DNA of 60,408 nt, filler included, from Sphacelaria rigidula (Eukaryota): NCBI GenBank assembly GCA_964200075.2. It is 9 parts of 9 records of this genome, joined end to end, with 100 filler letters (N's around TTAATTAATTAA, not from the genome) between each part and the next. Parts side by side here need not be neighbours in the genome. Positions count along the whole stretch, not along the records: positions 1 to 6,624 come from CAXNAA020018984.1; positions 6,725 to 13,347 come from CAXNAA020018985.1; 7 more parts are not named here. The stretch is one strand, 5' to 3'. Both the position numbers and the translations under genes were made by a program. Positions 1-12,700 of this stretch are shown piece after piece (position 1 is the stretch's first letter; each line of letters begins with the position of its first letter). The notes below the pieces were generated by a model. That model ran no database searches, was not told the origin of the DNA, and saw only the letters and a list, made by a program, of their open reading frames with translations.

Positions 1-990
1 ACGTTTCTTTCATACATTACACAAAAACCTTTTACATATCTTATCCCCGTCCAGTTTCGCCGTCTATGGCCACCAGCAGCGGTGCCGGTGGCAGCCGTTT
101 AACATGAAGATTATTTATGCGATAGAAATCTGCGCTATTCTTTGAACACGACATGAGCCTGGTGATATTTGATTTCCGCTGCTAAGAACCCAAGCAAGTG
201 ACGAGTGGGTAAATATATAAATATGCATACAAGCAAAGAACCGTAACTAACGTGGTGCGGAAGTGCCGATCCATCAGGATATCAAAAATGTAAAGAGGCG
301 TGTACCGGAGGAGAGGTGGGCTGATGATACCTTGAGACTACGGGCTCATCCTAAGGAATGGAGAAGGTTTAATGGGATGAAAAAGGACAAAAACAAGAAG
401 GCGTGCGAGCTTACACACGCAATAATTTTCGCCGTTTGTGTGCTGCAACATCCAATCAGTGTTCATGTACACGTGTACAGTGAGTCGGTGGAGCAGAGGA
501 TATTATGGGATAGGTACACGGTCCAGAATGTACGGCTGCTTCGCCCGTCACACACGACCAGGCATAGATTCAGCCGACGGCATTTCACCCGAAGCATAGC
601 GGTCACCGAAGGGACATGTAGTTAACGACATCGAGCAATAATGACGGCTTTCCTAGAAAAATGCGTGAAGAAGCATTTTCGTGTTTGGGGGGGGAGCGGG
701 GGACGGGGGGCTCATCACACATGATCGACATCGCGAATTTAGTCACAGGCATGAACCCGGAGCTCAATGTTCGTCAACACAAGACGACACTCATATAGTG
801 CCCTTCAAAATGAGCAACTCCGATACATCGAGCACTCCGTCTAGCTGGGACCGATTTGAGTACCCCAACCTTGGAGAAGCCCACCCAACTCTCCGTTTGT
901 GTTATGAACGGGGGAATCTGTCGACGAATGGCAAGCCGCGGCCGTGACTCCTCACGTCACATCATATCATATAACATAACATCACATCAC

Positions 991-1065
991 CTCGATTTTG
1001 TTCTTGTGGTCCCTCTTCATGGTCTCACGGGCCTCCTCCTCTTTTCTCTCGCGCTCCTCGTCCTC
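991..1065 (-). CDS. MNS1: Exon of MNS1-like (trichohyalin-plectin-homology) coiled-coil protein: EDEERERKEEEARETMKRDHKNKIE
   Basis: 75 bp, CAG acceptor and GT donor, phase 0/0. Joined to the 2010-2135 exon it gives ...IMLHKFK|EDEERER..., resembling the MNS1 'MLAKFAEDDR...EHRRAVE' region as I recall it (no search run). Confidence 0.7.
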
Positions 1066-2009
1066 CTGTACCCACAACACACACAACAACACGACATTAT
1101 AACGTGTTTCAAGCTAATCATGAATGCTTCCCTCCGACGAGGCATCGATGATGATACATTCATCTATGTACACACGTGCGCACAATGACATGAAATGTCA
1201 GCATGCATGTGTCGACAGACAAGTAGACAGACAGACACGCCTGGAAGCAACTACTACCGAGTTTTCCATCACACCATCAACAAGATTCCCCCGTATCGGA
1301 TGCGGACACGCACAATTCGCGGGAATGCTGACCCGTGACGGACTGACAGACTGCTCCTCATCAGTGTACACCTAAAACAGAAACTTGGATTCTTGCCAGC
1401 TCGTGGCTATGGACTGAAAGCCGTAAAAAACGGCAAAGCACCGGGCGACATGTCCGTGGTACAGTACATTGAGGTACCTCTTGTTCAAGCTTCGAGCTTC
1501 GAGCTTCAAGCTTCAAGAGAGACCACGGAGAGGTGCCACTACGAATTTTCCGGTGAAAACAAACAAAACCCGGATCTCTCTCGCTCTCCTCCCGACGCGC
1601 TAGCTCTATTTTTTAATTTTTTAAATGTTATACGGCAAGATCTTGCCGTGAAGTTTAGCCCACAAAACGTTGCTCCCTGTCTGCGTAGTGATGCGCAAAT
1701 AAGTCGGGAAATTGTCGGCTTGTGTACGCCTGCCCCAACCGAGCACGTGGAAAATAAATAAATAAATAAGAACACAGCTCCTGCAAGCGCCTGAAAAAAG
1801 GCACATCGGGCTGACTCGTTTGTCGGACACCGTCCACCAGTACGCATTGTCGCATACCCCCCCACACATACTGTTAATACTACCGTACAGTGCACCACGG
1901 CCAAATGCTAACACCAAGCACGTGTAGGAGCAGAACACCCACGACTCCCCAGCTTTCTTATTTCGTGTACGCTCAAAATCTATCTGTCGGTTGGTACAAA
2001 GTAAAGCAC

Positions 2010-2135
2010 CTTGAACTTGTGGAGCATGATCTGGATCAGCCGGTCCTCCTCCTCTTTCTCCAGTGCTTTCTTCTCATGTCGCTGCCTCAGCTGCTCCTCG
2101 TTGGCTTCCATCATGGCCAGCTTACTCTCTGCGAC
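2010..2135 (-). CDS. MNS1: Exon of MNS1-like protein: VAESKLAMMEANEEQLRQRHEKKALEKEEEDRLIQIMLHKFK
   Basis: 126 bp open frame, CAG/GT boundaries, E/K/R-rich coiled coil, in phase with both flanking exons. Confidence 0.72.
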
Positions 2136-2671
2136 CTGACCAACCGACCGACAGTGCATTCATTCTCATGTACGATGGTGACGGGGGTGGAATATTTTGG
2201 GCCATTTCTCCCACGCAAATTCCAAATTCCAAGTTCCAAATTCCACTTCAAATTGTCGTTGAAAGCAGCAGCGTTTGTTCGAACGCGCTCGTTTCGGATA
2301 AATAGCGCTCATTCATATTCTACTTAGACCGCTCCTTACAACAGACAATAATACAAATCTGGAAAATGTTCCTTTTTGGAGATTTTACGTATTTTTACGC
2401 CCGAAAAGAGAGTTTTTTTTTTCTCTAGATTTGACTATTTTTATTGTTCTTTGACAAAAATTCTTGTTTGGCCACAATAAAAACTGCGGCCACCGGAAAA
2501 CGGGAAGATGTCCTAGAACCGCCCCAACTAGTAGAGCAAGTCATTCCAAGGTGTCAAACTCCGCCTAGTTCTCTTATGGGACGTAAAACGACGTGAAAGC
2601 TCCAAAAACGACACTTTTCCAGATTTTTTTCCTGTCTGTTGTCTGTTATAAGGAGCGGCCTTAACGCCGCT

Positions 2672-2772
2672 TTTACCGAAATACAAGCGCACCGCGAGTG
2701 TGTTAGGTTGTCTGACACCCCTATGAGGCCTTTTGGTGAAATCAAACACCGCCCCCTTTATCGTACCATGAC
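2672..2772 (+). repeat. Dispersed repeat, one end of the Harbinger-like MITE family seen at 32936-33186
   Basis: AATACAAGCGC...GTCTGACA...CTATGAG...GTGAAA...TATCGTA(C/G)CATGAC shared with 47075-47173 (+) and 32936-33040 (-). Confidence 0.7.
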
Positions 2773-3180
2773 ACAGAAACATACACACACATAACTGTGC
2801 ACGGAGCGAGTGTCGAAACATAAGTTCTCGCACAGTGCGAATGATGAACAAAATATCTCCACAAGCGGATACCCTACAGGCAAAAACTAGCAGACACCGC
2901 ATAGCTGTACAGCCTGAACGCCCCCCGGAGGGTCCCAACTCGTGCTGCTGGTACTACTGTACAACTTGAAATCGGGTACGGCCGAGTACGTAATTCGATT
3001 CCCGACAATGCAGGCAATTTTGTACGTCCTTTTTCTTTTCTGAGGAGTAAAGTATTTGACTTCCGCCGTTGAAATCATGACCACGTGAGCAGCACCGGGA
3101 AAAAATGGCGGGAAAAAAGACAGGGAGTGCCGATCCAATCTGCCATACGGACCAAACTGTCAGGTATGTGTGTATACCGT

Positions 3181-3249
3181 GGGCGTACTCATTTGTTGCT
3201 TGCCTTAGTCGTTTAACCATTGACCACGCATCCCTTTCGAGACGGAGCA
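3181..3249 (-). mobile_element. Short 3'-end copy of the LINE at 21784-25310
   Basis: Reverse complement matches 25226-25290 (TGCTCCGTCTCGAAAGGGATGCGTGGTCAATGG...GCAAGCAACAAATGAGTAC) almost exactly. Confidence 0.85.
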
Positions 3250-3681
3250 AATGTATACCGGGGAGGGGGGGGAGATAGAGAGATGGCTTCATCCTCCTAG
3301 AGCACGGGTTGGTTTTGAGGGAGGGGAAGGTTTATCAGTATGACAGTATAAACACAGAATACCCAGAAATGGACAGTAGCGTATAGAATTTGGAAGAAGG
3401 ACACCGGTGTCACCAGAAAGACAACATGAAAAATGCGACCCTTTGAAGCCTCCGTCCAAATAAACTACGCCGGTTGCGTGCATGAAGTGTGCATCCTATC
3501 CTGTAAAATCCAGGTGTCGACAAAACGTATCGTACACCTCTACAAGTCAGTCTAGGTGAACCGGGAAATCTCTGAGCGCGAGCACAAATCAGACATATCT
3601 CCAGATATCTACTGAAAGTATGAATGCATGAACTATATTGGCACCATTATTTTCTTTCTTCTCCAATTCTTCTCCAATACT

Positions 3682-4073
3682 TAGAGCTCGGAAATGGTAC
3701 CAGTTATAAATGGCCATTATCATTATAATGGTAACAATGGTAATGGTTTTATGAAAAAATTGGATGATGGTTTCAAACCATTTTTTACCGTTACCGACTT
3801 TATAAGCCATTACCGGCTACGTGTGCTACATACAGCCCTTGAAAATTGGTCCAAATTCAACGTATCTTTAATCTCTAGTGAAGCCGAATCGCGTAGAAAC
3901 GTGCCTCCGGCACGGCGCCTCCAGCGGGCCCCCCTCTACCGATGGGAGGCTTTTTGGCTCGCTGCTCCGCCGCACTATGACTAAATCATCATGTACCATT
4001 ATACTGGTTAATGGGTGCACTACGCGTAACCATTCAACTGGTTAATGGCTAGACAAACCATTTCCGAGCTTTA
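3682..4073. mobile_element. hAT-like MITE in an MNS1-like intron
   Basis: TIRs TAGAGCTCGGAAATGGT / ACCATTTCCGAGCTTTA (1 mismatch); flanks CCAATACT / CCAATACA (8-bp TSD, 7/8); internal (A)ATGG/CCATT micro-repeats. Confidence 0.75.
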
Positions 4074-4277
4074 CCAATACATGAATATGCTACCCATTCA
4101 CGTATGTATGCATGCATGTACGCCAGTGCCTTGGCTGAGAAGAGCAACGGAGACGATATGCCACTTTTTTCTTTTTCGCGCGATTTTTCTCATCAAAGTA
4201 GAATATATATATATATATATATGATGTATATGCATGTATCCACCTTGTTCATGTTCCTTCTTTTTTTCTCGTCTAAC

Positions 4278-4344
4278 CTTGCGTCTTCGGTCCTCGTCGT
4301 CTTGTATCCGCTTAGCCTCCAATTCTTCCGCCCACAGCATATCC
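4278..4344 (-). CDS. MNS1: Exon of MNS1-like protein: (x)DMLWAEELEAKRIQDDEDRRRK
   Basis: 67 bp, ACAG acceptor, GTTAG donor; ends in phase 0 and splices in frame to VAESKLAMM. Confidence 0.65.
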
Positions 4345-4756
4345 CTGTTATAATTCACCCCACCCCAAGCCCGCCCCAAACACGTTTTCGGCCGTTGACG
4401 CTGTGAAGAACTGATCCAACGGCCACGAAGACTGATTCGGTTGATCGATTCATTGACTCCTTGTCGCATATGAAACCTATCCCCTGGTCATAATCCAGTC
4501 GTAGTCACTCACGAGATACAGTAGATGTACCACAGGTGAACAGAGGGGAAGACTCGCTAAAAAACAAAATAAAAAAAGGACAAGGACAACCAAAATAGTG
4601 TACAGCAAACAAAGTAAACTGGAGGAAAACAGCAGACAAGCAAATCTGAAAAAGAGGAACAATAGAAAGGAAAAAAAACAGAATAAACCCAAAAATAAAA
4701 ATTTGTCGGACAGTTTTTTTTCAGTCGCACCGTAAGAACCGAAAGTGCTGTGTGTG

Positions 4757-4930
4757 GCGGGGGGCGGGGGGCGGGTACTCATGATATGGCATGCCACAGT
4801 CGTAAGACCATTGACCTCGTATCCATACAAAGTCGGGACCGAGCACGCCGGGTTTCGCCAGACTACGCTTGCACTCAATAACCAAGCTCGAAGCGCCGTG
4901 ATGTGTGCGGCGAGTCGCATGAAGGGTAAG
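4757..4930 (-). mobile_element. 3' end of a related LINE subfamily ending in GAGTAC + C-rich tract
   Basis: Reverse complement ...GAGGTCAATGGTCTTACGACTGTGGCATGCCATATCATGAGTACCCGCCCCCC resembles 25313-25374. The 5' boundary is approximate. Confidence 0.6.
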
Positions 4931-6424
4931 CTGAACCCTGCTAGAATTGTTCGGCTCGAAGCGTATTGATTGTCTTGCATTTGGATGGCAGCCTCCAATG
5001 AGTTGCATCATTTTCTGGTCTCGCCACTTCCAGAGAGAGCCACGGCTTGCACACTGCCTGATGGGTGTCTCACCATTTCAACATAACATAATGCAACAGT
5101 GAAAAAAGGCGTAATGATTGCAAAGGACACACGAGTTCCCCTTTCGTTTTTCTTCCTCTCTTATTTTCTTTACATTTTTCTTCGGTACGTGTGTAGGCCC
5201 TGAGTCTAGAAAAGGTATTGCATACCTTCGTATTTGTTGCCCTGTGAAAATGTGCCTTGTAGAACCAAACATGCGGGATTTGGACAAAAACGCGTCAGAA
5301 ACACCGTGTTTTGCTCGGAGTTCTTCACGCCCCCCCCCCAACGATCACGTGTGTCGATATATGTGGGAAAATGGTTGGCCGGCGTTAACACGGCGGGTAA
5401 TTCACCCGGGACTAGTTGAGGTACAAACGATAGAAACCATGCGATTTTTTACTATCTTGGATGGTGATCTTTTGTCCTTGATTTTGGCGTTTTTTCGCTT
5501 GGCTTCGCGTGTCGAGTGGGGGCGATGGGCTCTGTACCCTTTAGTCGGAATGGTCGCCTGCAGCATGCGATCTTCTGGGGTTACTACTATTCCATTTTTT
5601 TTTGGGGGAATTTTTAAACGTCCGCGCTGGTTTCCTTATCGTGGTTAGTTAATCTGCGACCACGGAAGGCGTCTGCATCAGATGCCTAGTAGGGAAGTAT
5701 GAAGTACTGCGCAGACATTGGAACGGCTTTTTAATGAGAAGACGACAACAACAACCACAATATTAACGTTTTTTTGTATTTAAGGCACCCGTCCGTGCCC
5801 CGAAAAAAATGGGAACGCATACACGCACAAATATTTTCGCCTCACAATGGTCCAACTGACACCATGATGCGGTGCATGGAAAGAAGCGGATTCGACTTCT
5901 CCTGCCAGAGGCGTTCGGTTTTTGTACTTTTCTTGGTTCATCTGATGTATGTTGTTGAAAGCATTAAGACGTGCGTAGCAAAAAATATTTTGTCGTACGG
6001 CTGTGTCTGTTTAACGACAGTCAACGCGGTGCGGGAGGGCTAGCCATGATCCAACCAATCCGTGAGACCAAAATGCAAGGCGTGCATCTATACAGTACGG
6101 TACAGGGCGAGACTATACGGACGTTCCGAGAAAGGGGAGGGGTTGAAAGGGTGCTGGAAACAAAAAAACTACCGCCATATACTCAAAAGAGCAGCCGTCC
6201 ATCACGACCTGTCGTCCACTACGAGCTGGGAGGGCTGAGAAATCCGGATTCCTCCGGCGCACGACAACTATTTTTTCAGTTTCCCGAAGTACCTTGATGG
6301 GCCTATATCGCTGTGAGGTCCAGGCGAACCCGCTCATGACACTCTCCGCCGCTTGAAAAAAGTACGCGAGCTGAATAAAATATGACCTCGTCGACGGAAC
6401 CAGTTTCTGCAAATCAAAACATAT

Positions 6425-6495
6425 CTATAGGGATTCGACCTCATGACCTTACGAGTGATCCCGCGATAGTCCCCCCCCTCGACCACCACCACCGA
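6425..6495 (-). repeat. tRNA-like (SINE-head-like) sequence
   Basis: Minus strand reads GGTGGTCGAG...AGGTCATGAGGTCGAATCCC, i.e. degenerate A-box and B-box spacing; no complete cloverleaf. Confidence 0.35.
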
Positions 6496-6624
6496 AAAAA
6501 GTGGGTGGTTTAACCCTTCGGCCGTGAGATTAGTCTTTCTGGATCATGCATACTTTTTTTCACTTGAAATTGATGCCGATTAAACAGAAGACTAACCTCA
6601 CGATCTAACAGTTAAGCACGAAAA

Positions 6625-6724
6625 NNNNNNNNNNNNNNNNNNNNNNNNNNNNNNNNNNNNNNNNNNNNTTAATTAATTAANNNNNNNNNNNNNNNNNNNN
6701 NNNNNNNNNNNNNNNNNNNNNNNN
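6625..6724. other. Artificial contig spacer
   Basis: 44 N + TTAATTAATTAA (stops in all six frames) + 44 N. Confidence 0.99.
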
Positions 6725-9465
6725 CCGACGGAGCGAGGGATGACAAGATCGAGGGAGGGACGGCCGGCAGCGAGTCCGCGGAACGGCAAACTCCGGCGGC
6801 GCGTGCTTCACCCCGCGGTCCACGGCACGTGTCGTTCTTGCTCCCCAACCCAGAGCTGGACGAAGAAGCGGCACAACAGACCCCCGCCATTGGCGGCGGG
6901 GGTGAGATGACCTCGCCGCTTCCTTGCAGAAGCGGGGGGGGGGCGCGGGATTTTACGCAACCCTGTCCGACATCCCATTAATGACGGGGGATCAGCGCCC
7001 CCCACATCGCCGCCGACAGTCACGTCGCCGCCGACAGCTATATCGCCGCCGACAGCTATATCGCCGCCGGCAGCAACATCGCCGCCGCCGACGCCGACAA
7101 AAACAACGCCGCCGCCAACGCCGACAGCCACAACACCGAGAACCGTAGACACCCCCGAGGGCAACGACGGGGGGGGCGGTGGAGCTCCCGAAAATCCCAA
7201 GAACGGAGCTACGCCGTCTTGCACTCGACTATGAATTGTCTCTGCCTCCACAAATGGCAGGTCGCACGCGCAGTGCGACGAGAGCGGCAGCCGATCAAAA
7301 CGAGCTGGCATCGGCGGCAGAGGATGAACTGGAGAGAATGCTAGCGTGGGAAAGAAACGAAATTTTCTCCCGCGCGATGGCGAGGGTTAAGGTGAGGGTT
7401 AAGCGGAGACTGTGCTGTATGGAATGGCAGAGGATAAGTGCGGGATGACGGAGCTGATCACTGCAGCAGCCGGACCAGAGGTGGGAGGCAACGCGGCCAT
7501 GCTGATCGAAGAGACCTTTGCGGAGCAGGAGTACTTTTGTTTTTCAGCCGAAAACGGACAGAGGAAGAGCCCAGTTTTGGTTTGCGTTGTGAGAGATGTG
7601 GAAACCCCCCCCGTAACAGTAGAAGACATGGAATAGTCGGAATACAAGGAAATATGGTTGAGTGCCATGCCTGCAGAACTGAATGGGCATAAAACCGTAG
7701 GTACATTCTCAACAGGAGAAATTCCAAAAGGAGTAAACGTAATCACAGCCAAATGGGTATTCACTTGGAAAACCGACGCTAATGGTACTGAAACTATATA
7801 GCGAAAGCTAGATTAGTGGCGCGTGGGTTTGGCCAGAGATTCGCGGTGGATTAGTTTGAGACGTTTGCAGCCACCCCGGCCATGACATCGATAGAATTGG
7901 TCATGGCCGTGGCAGTACAAAGAGGATGGCCACTATATCACTTTGACGTTACCCAGGCTTTTGTACGAGCCAAAATGGACACGAACGTGTTCATGAAGCT
8001 CCTAGAAGGGTGTGGCACCTTGACAGGTAGCACGGCTAGAAAAATCTACATACGGCGTAAAACAAGCAGGAAGGAAATGGTCCCTCCTTCTCAACAAAAC
8101 ACTGATGGAGGATGTAAAACTGTCGCAAAGTAAGGCTGACCCGTGTGTGTACAGACTGGAGGAAAGGGGAAAAGTGTGTGTCATACTTGTTGTGCATGTG
8201 GACGGCATTCTAATTTGGGGAGAAACGAAAAGAGTGGAGAGGGTATGTAATATCCTCAACAACAGATTCCCGACGAACAACTTAGGTGAAGGCCAGTGGT
8301 ATATGGGGTGTACCATAGAGAGGAATTGGAAAAGAGGTACCCTGTACGTAAATCAGACGACCTTTTGTCGACACCATGCTGAAGCGTTTCGAGGTTACGG
8401 AATTTTCTGATATTCCCGCATCAGTGTCTGCAGATTTGGGACCGGTGAATCAAGGTGATAAGGTTTTAGATAGGCCATACCGGAGTGCCGTGGGAGGTTT
8501 GATGTGGTTGGCTGGGGTAACCAGGCCTGACATAGCAAATGCAGCTCGAGACCTGGCCCGACAATCACATGACTCACGTGAAAGACACTGGCGAGGGGTG
8601 TTGAAAGTTCTGGCGTACCTCAAAACGACCAGAAACTACGGTCTGACTTTTGTTCCGGGGAGAGTAGGCTCACAGTCTATTGTGACGCTGATTACCCCAA
8701 GAAAGATACAGACCGGCGGTCAGTTTCCGGTGTAGCTGTCATGTACGGGGGAATAGCAGTATCAAGTACTAGTCGAATACAACACTGCGTTACCCTGTCA
8801 ACCACCGAAGCCGAGTACGTAGCTATGGCGGAAGGGGCGAAGGAATGCATGTTTGTCACGTCGGTACTGTCTTTCCTACGACCGAAGGTCGTGTTGGGAC
8901 GACAAGTAGAGTACGATATTGTTCTCTGTGAAGACAATGAGGGGGCTAAAGCTGCCGACAACCCTCTCAGGTCAGGTCGAAGTAAGCACATCGACGTGAG
9001 GTGGCATTTTATTCCGGACTTGGTTAGGACGAGAGAAGTAAGGATTGTTCGTGTGGATTCGGAGTGACAACACGCCGATATCCTTACAAAGCCGCTCCCA
9101 TTCACGCTGTTCAACAGGCACCGTCGCGCCTTGATGAACACTGGGGACAGCGAGTAGACACATATTTTGTTTTGTGTGTGTCTTTCGATTTGTCAGCTTT
9201 AGATGTTTCAGGTCATGGTTTCCGTAATGTATCTGCGTTTACATCGGGTGAAGATGCTCACGCTACTGTGTGACACATGGGCTTGTAGGGCGTTTCCCGT
9301 TGTTGAGCAGGTGCTCTAGCCTGGACGTCTGCGAAAAAGGGCTGTTTGTTCTGAGCACAAGCGGTGGAGTTTGTGTGATGGGGGGTTTTTGCTCGGAAGG
9401 TTGAATTTCCTCCTTGATTTTGTTTTTCTTGAGCTTCGAGTGCTGCGGTATCCGATCAGGGGGAG
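6725..9465 (+). mobile_element. Decayed Ty1/copia retrotransposon, 3' half of pol (linker, RT, RNase H), 3' UTR and PPT
   Basis: VITAKWVF, AKARLVARGF-like, HFDVTQAF, QSKADPCVY, VHVDGIL, PYRSAVGGLMWLA..TRPDIA, LSTTEAEYVA, EDNEGA, RSKHIDVRWHF, with several stops and frameshifts. Pro-rich linker with 18-bp repeats at about 7005-7130. PPT AGGGGGAG at 9458-9465. Confidence 0.95.
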
Positions 9466-9758
9466 TGTTCGAGTGATTCAGATACCCAGTAATGCTGGAT
9501 CTACGTAGAACCGGGGGTTGGGGCGACGTACGAGTACCGACAGTCAAGGGTGTGCAAATGTGGTACAGTACGGCTGAGAGCAGCGAAGCAGTCCGCCACC
9601 CTTGATCAATCTCATTCATCTACTCGCCATCTCATCAGCGCTCTCCCAAGTTATAGTAGAACTCGGGTGCTCTTCAATAAAAGATCTGAAACCATTACCC
9701 TGTGCCTGAGCCAAGGAATAAAGAGTATCTCCGTGAAGTGTTTGAAGCATAGCCGACA
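9466..9758 (+). repeat. LTR-like segment (TGTT...GACA) between a copia PPT and a PBS-like TGG
   Basis: Starts TG directly after the PPT, contains AATAAA near 9677, ends CA and is followed by TGGCTCAAGC. Terminal inverted repeat is weak. Confidence 0.5.
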
Positions 9759-12700
9759 TGGCTCAAGCGGCGGCACCGCCGCTGGTGTTGGGTGAGCCAC
9801 TAGAACCGCGTAAGTATGGCGAAGTGTGGACAGAGGAGGCATCACGCGTTTTTTCGCAGCACATCTTGAATTCATACAGCGTTTGGATTTCGCTAACTTT
9901 CAAGGAGTTGTGAGGCATGAGAGAGTGAGCTAGGTCAACTTATTCCTACCTATGTTCACCGGTGCTTCGAAGACATGTACAAGGACTGTTACGGATCGCG
10001 GCGTGGCGTGGTGGATGAGGGTAGTACGATGATGAGCCGTCGATTCAAAACGATAGTACGCGCCCGGAGGGCTGATTGCGGGAACTGGCTAGTACCGCAG
10101 TCACTGGCGAGGTTGTGATGCAATACCAAGAGACGGAATACATAAACATGCCTCTTTACATCTGGTTGGGTCCGGTTCTTTCCAAGGACCGGCCAAATCA
10201 GATGCTATCACCCTGATGTTCACTTCTTATGACGTGCGAGTTTGACACCACCAAAAGAGAAGAGAAGTCGAATCGGCCTGGAGCTGTGATCAAGAATATC
10301 CTGACGTTCGGCGTGTATCGTCCTGCGTTGGACTTTCCCCACGTGCTGTGAGCTTACGATTGTTTCAAGAATAACGGTGGGACGGTAACGGTGTTTGATT
10401 TAAGCAGTGAGCAGATGCAGGAAGGTCGGCATAGTAGTGAGAAACGAACTTTGTGCACAAATGGATGGTGGAATGTGTAGTCATATAGTAAGAACAAGTC
10501 GTATTCGCATGAGCTAGCGAGACCTCGTAACTTGCACGACCGAGATTCTGTTGTTGCTTCGCTCTAGCACTCGGCTTGCACAGGAGAGATACGCAATGTT
10601 GACAACAACTTTGGGCAACACCATTCTGTTTGTATTAGGACCGTCGGGCTATGACCCCCAATGGATTGCTTGATACTGTGAAGATGCATTCCGGGTATAC
10701 TACAACCGGTGAAAAGCATGACGCTGCGCGGGCTGCAGCAGATATACGCACAGTTCTTACTATGCCACAAAGCAGTGGGAAATTTGTCAAGAACCGTGCG
10801 ATGATGGTCAGTTCAGCTATGGAAATGACTTTTTCCAGAAAACCTGACGGTGCAAGCCATGTACCGTGCGGAGGACAGGAGTTGGTTGCCAGGCCCGGCC
10901 GAGTCGGTTTCCATAGCTTTGGTGGACGGGGTTTCGTCCCCGGATTTCAAGGAGTATGTTAGAAGTCTACTAACGTATGTTAACGGCTGGAAAAAGAACC
11001 CGACGGTGGTGTTCAGAAAAATATTTGAGGCGGTTGACCAGTGAAAGTTTATTGAAGCACGTAGCTGGCGCGATTCTGCAACAAGTGTAGGTGGTATGCG
11101 CCGCAAATAGCAACAGCAACAGCAGCAGCAGCCGTTTTCGCGAGCGTCGTCCACTCGCGCGTGTTACAACTGTGGTGACACCGGACATATGATCAAGGAC
11201 TGCCCCAAGCCTCGCGCTCAAGGCGCTGCACAGGGCAATGCGCGAGGTTTATCAGGATCTCAGAGCGGTCGTCACGGTGGACGGGACCGTGCCAATCAAG
11301 GACGCGGGTGCGGCGGCCGCGGTAGCAAGCAATTGGCAGCGGATGGTGGTTCCTCCGCTGCTGTTTCTTTCACTACGTCATCAGGTGGTGACTCTGGATC
11401 TTATGGTTCGTCCGTAGCGGGGCGGACAGTGTACGTAGGAAATGAAAATACTTCGGTGGGGAGTGCTGGAGCGAATAGCTCGCAACCCCTGGGCCAGGCA
11501 GGACCCGTGCCTGGTGCATTGCCTACTGCTGCGACGGCTGTAACAGCGCCGTCTGCAGATTCGGTGACTTGGTCTGATTGGACCGCCGATTCTCAATCAT
11601 CGATGCCCAGTACTGGAGGGCAGCCCTGGCGTCAGGTGGCTCTTGGTACAGAACAGGGCTCTTTGGCAGGCGTGGTACCTGTCGATCGCAAGGCTGAATG
11701 CTTACGCGCAGATTTAATCTTGCCCGGGTCTGTAGGTTCGTTCATGGCCCGCGTTAGTCTGGATTCTGGGTGCGCGCCCACGTCGATTGATGTGGGGTTG
11801 CTAGAATAGATGTCTTCGCAGTTTGGCGGCGCTCAGCTTCAGATTCCGTTCGAAAACGGACCGCAAACGATGCAGACCGCCACGGGTGCTCCCGTGACGG
11901 TTACACACAAAACGGTGCCGATTGCTGTTAGCGTGCATACGCCGTGTGGGGCTGTGGAGTTGCAGCCCATTACTTTCGCTGTCATGCCCGGTATGGACAA
12001 CGTGGTTCTATTTGGGGTAGCGACGATGAAGGAGCTCGGGATTGATCTGTATCCGCTGGCGTTGGAGAAGTTACGCCCACGTGCTGTGCCGGTGCAAGCC
12101 AGCGTGGAAAACCCCAACTATCTTGCTGCAAGGCGTGTGATTGTATCCATACGGCCATTCCAGAACGCAAATGAGGAGGGGGCTCCTGCTGATGAGGCGG
12201 TGGAGCGCTTGGTCGATCGGGAGCTGGACATATTCATGGACCCAGCAGAGGAGAGAGGTGCGGAAGAACGTGCGCTAGAGGATAGCGTGCAGCAGGCCGA
12301 GCAGAAGGGCCTGAGTACCGATGGCGCACATTGTCTGCGCGATATTTTGGCCCGTCGCATAGATACATTTCGCCGTGCGCTGCGTGGTGATCCGCCAGCG
12401 CGCGTGGAGTCAATAAAGGAGGCTGTGAAAGCCAAGCCTCGCCGCTGCGATCCGGTGAAGACCGTGTGGCTTGCTTCGTGCATCGCAGTTTTGGTGGCAT
12501 TTGATTTTTTGGTTAGGAATATTTAGGCTGTGTGGGCGAGTCCGGCGATGGCGGTGCCGAAGAGGGACATATTCCGTTCGGTCAGCAACTCTCAGGCGGT
12601 GAACGCGAAAGTGGAACAGTCTCCGGGGGTGATGCCAAGCCAAGAAGACATGCGGGAGTTGCTGGTAGCCCAACAACAATATCGGTATGTCATTGAACAC

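Noticed and set aside
263..6412. Many 60-170 aa ORFs in contig 1 and similar ones throughout
   Set aside because: No recognisable motifs, mostly non-ATG starts, and they lie in introns or repeats of a spliced genome.
6669..6680. Recurrent TTAATTAATTAA at a 6723-bp period as a biological repeat or CRISPR-like array
   Set aside because: Always centred in 44+44 Ns; it is an assembly linker.
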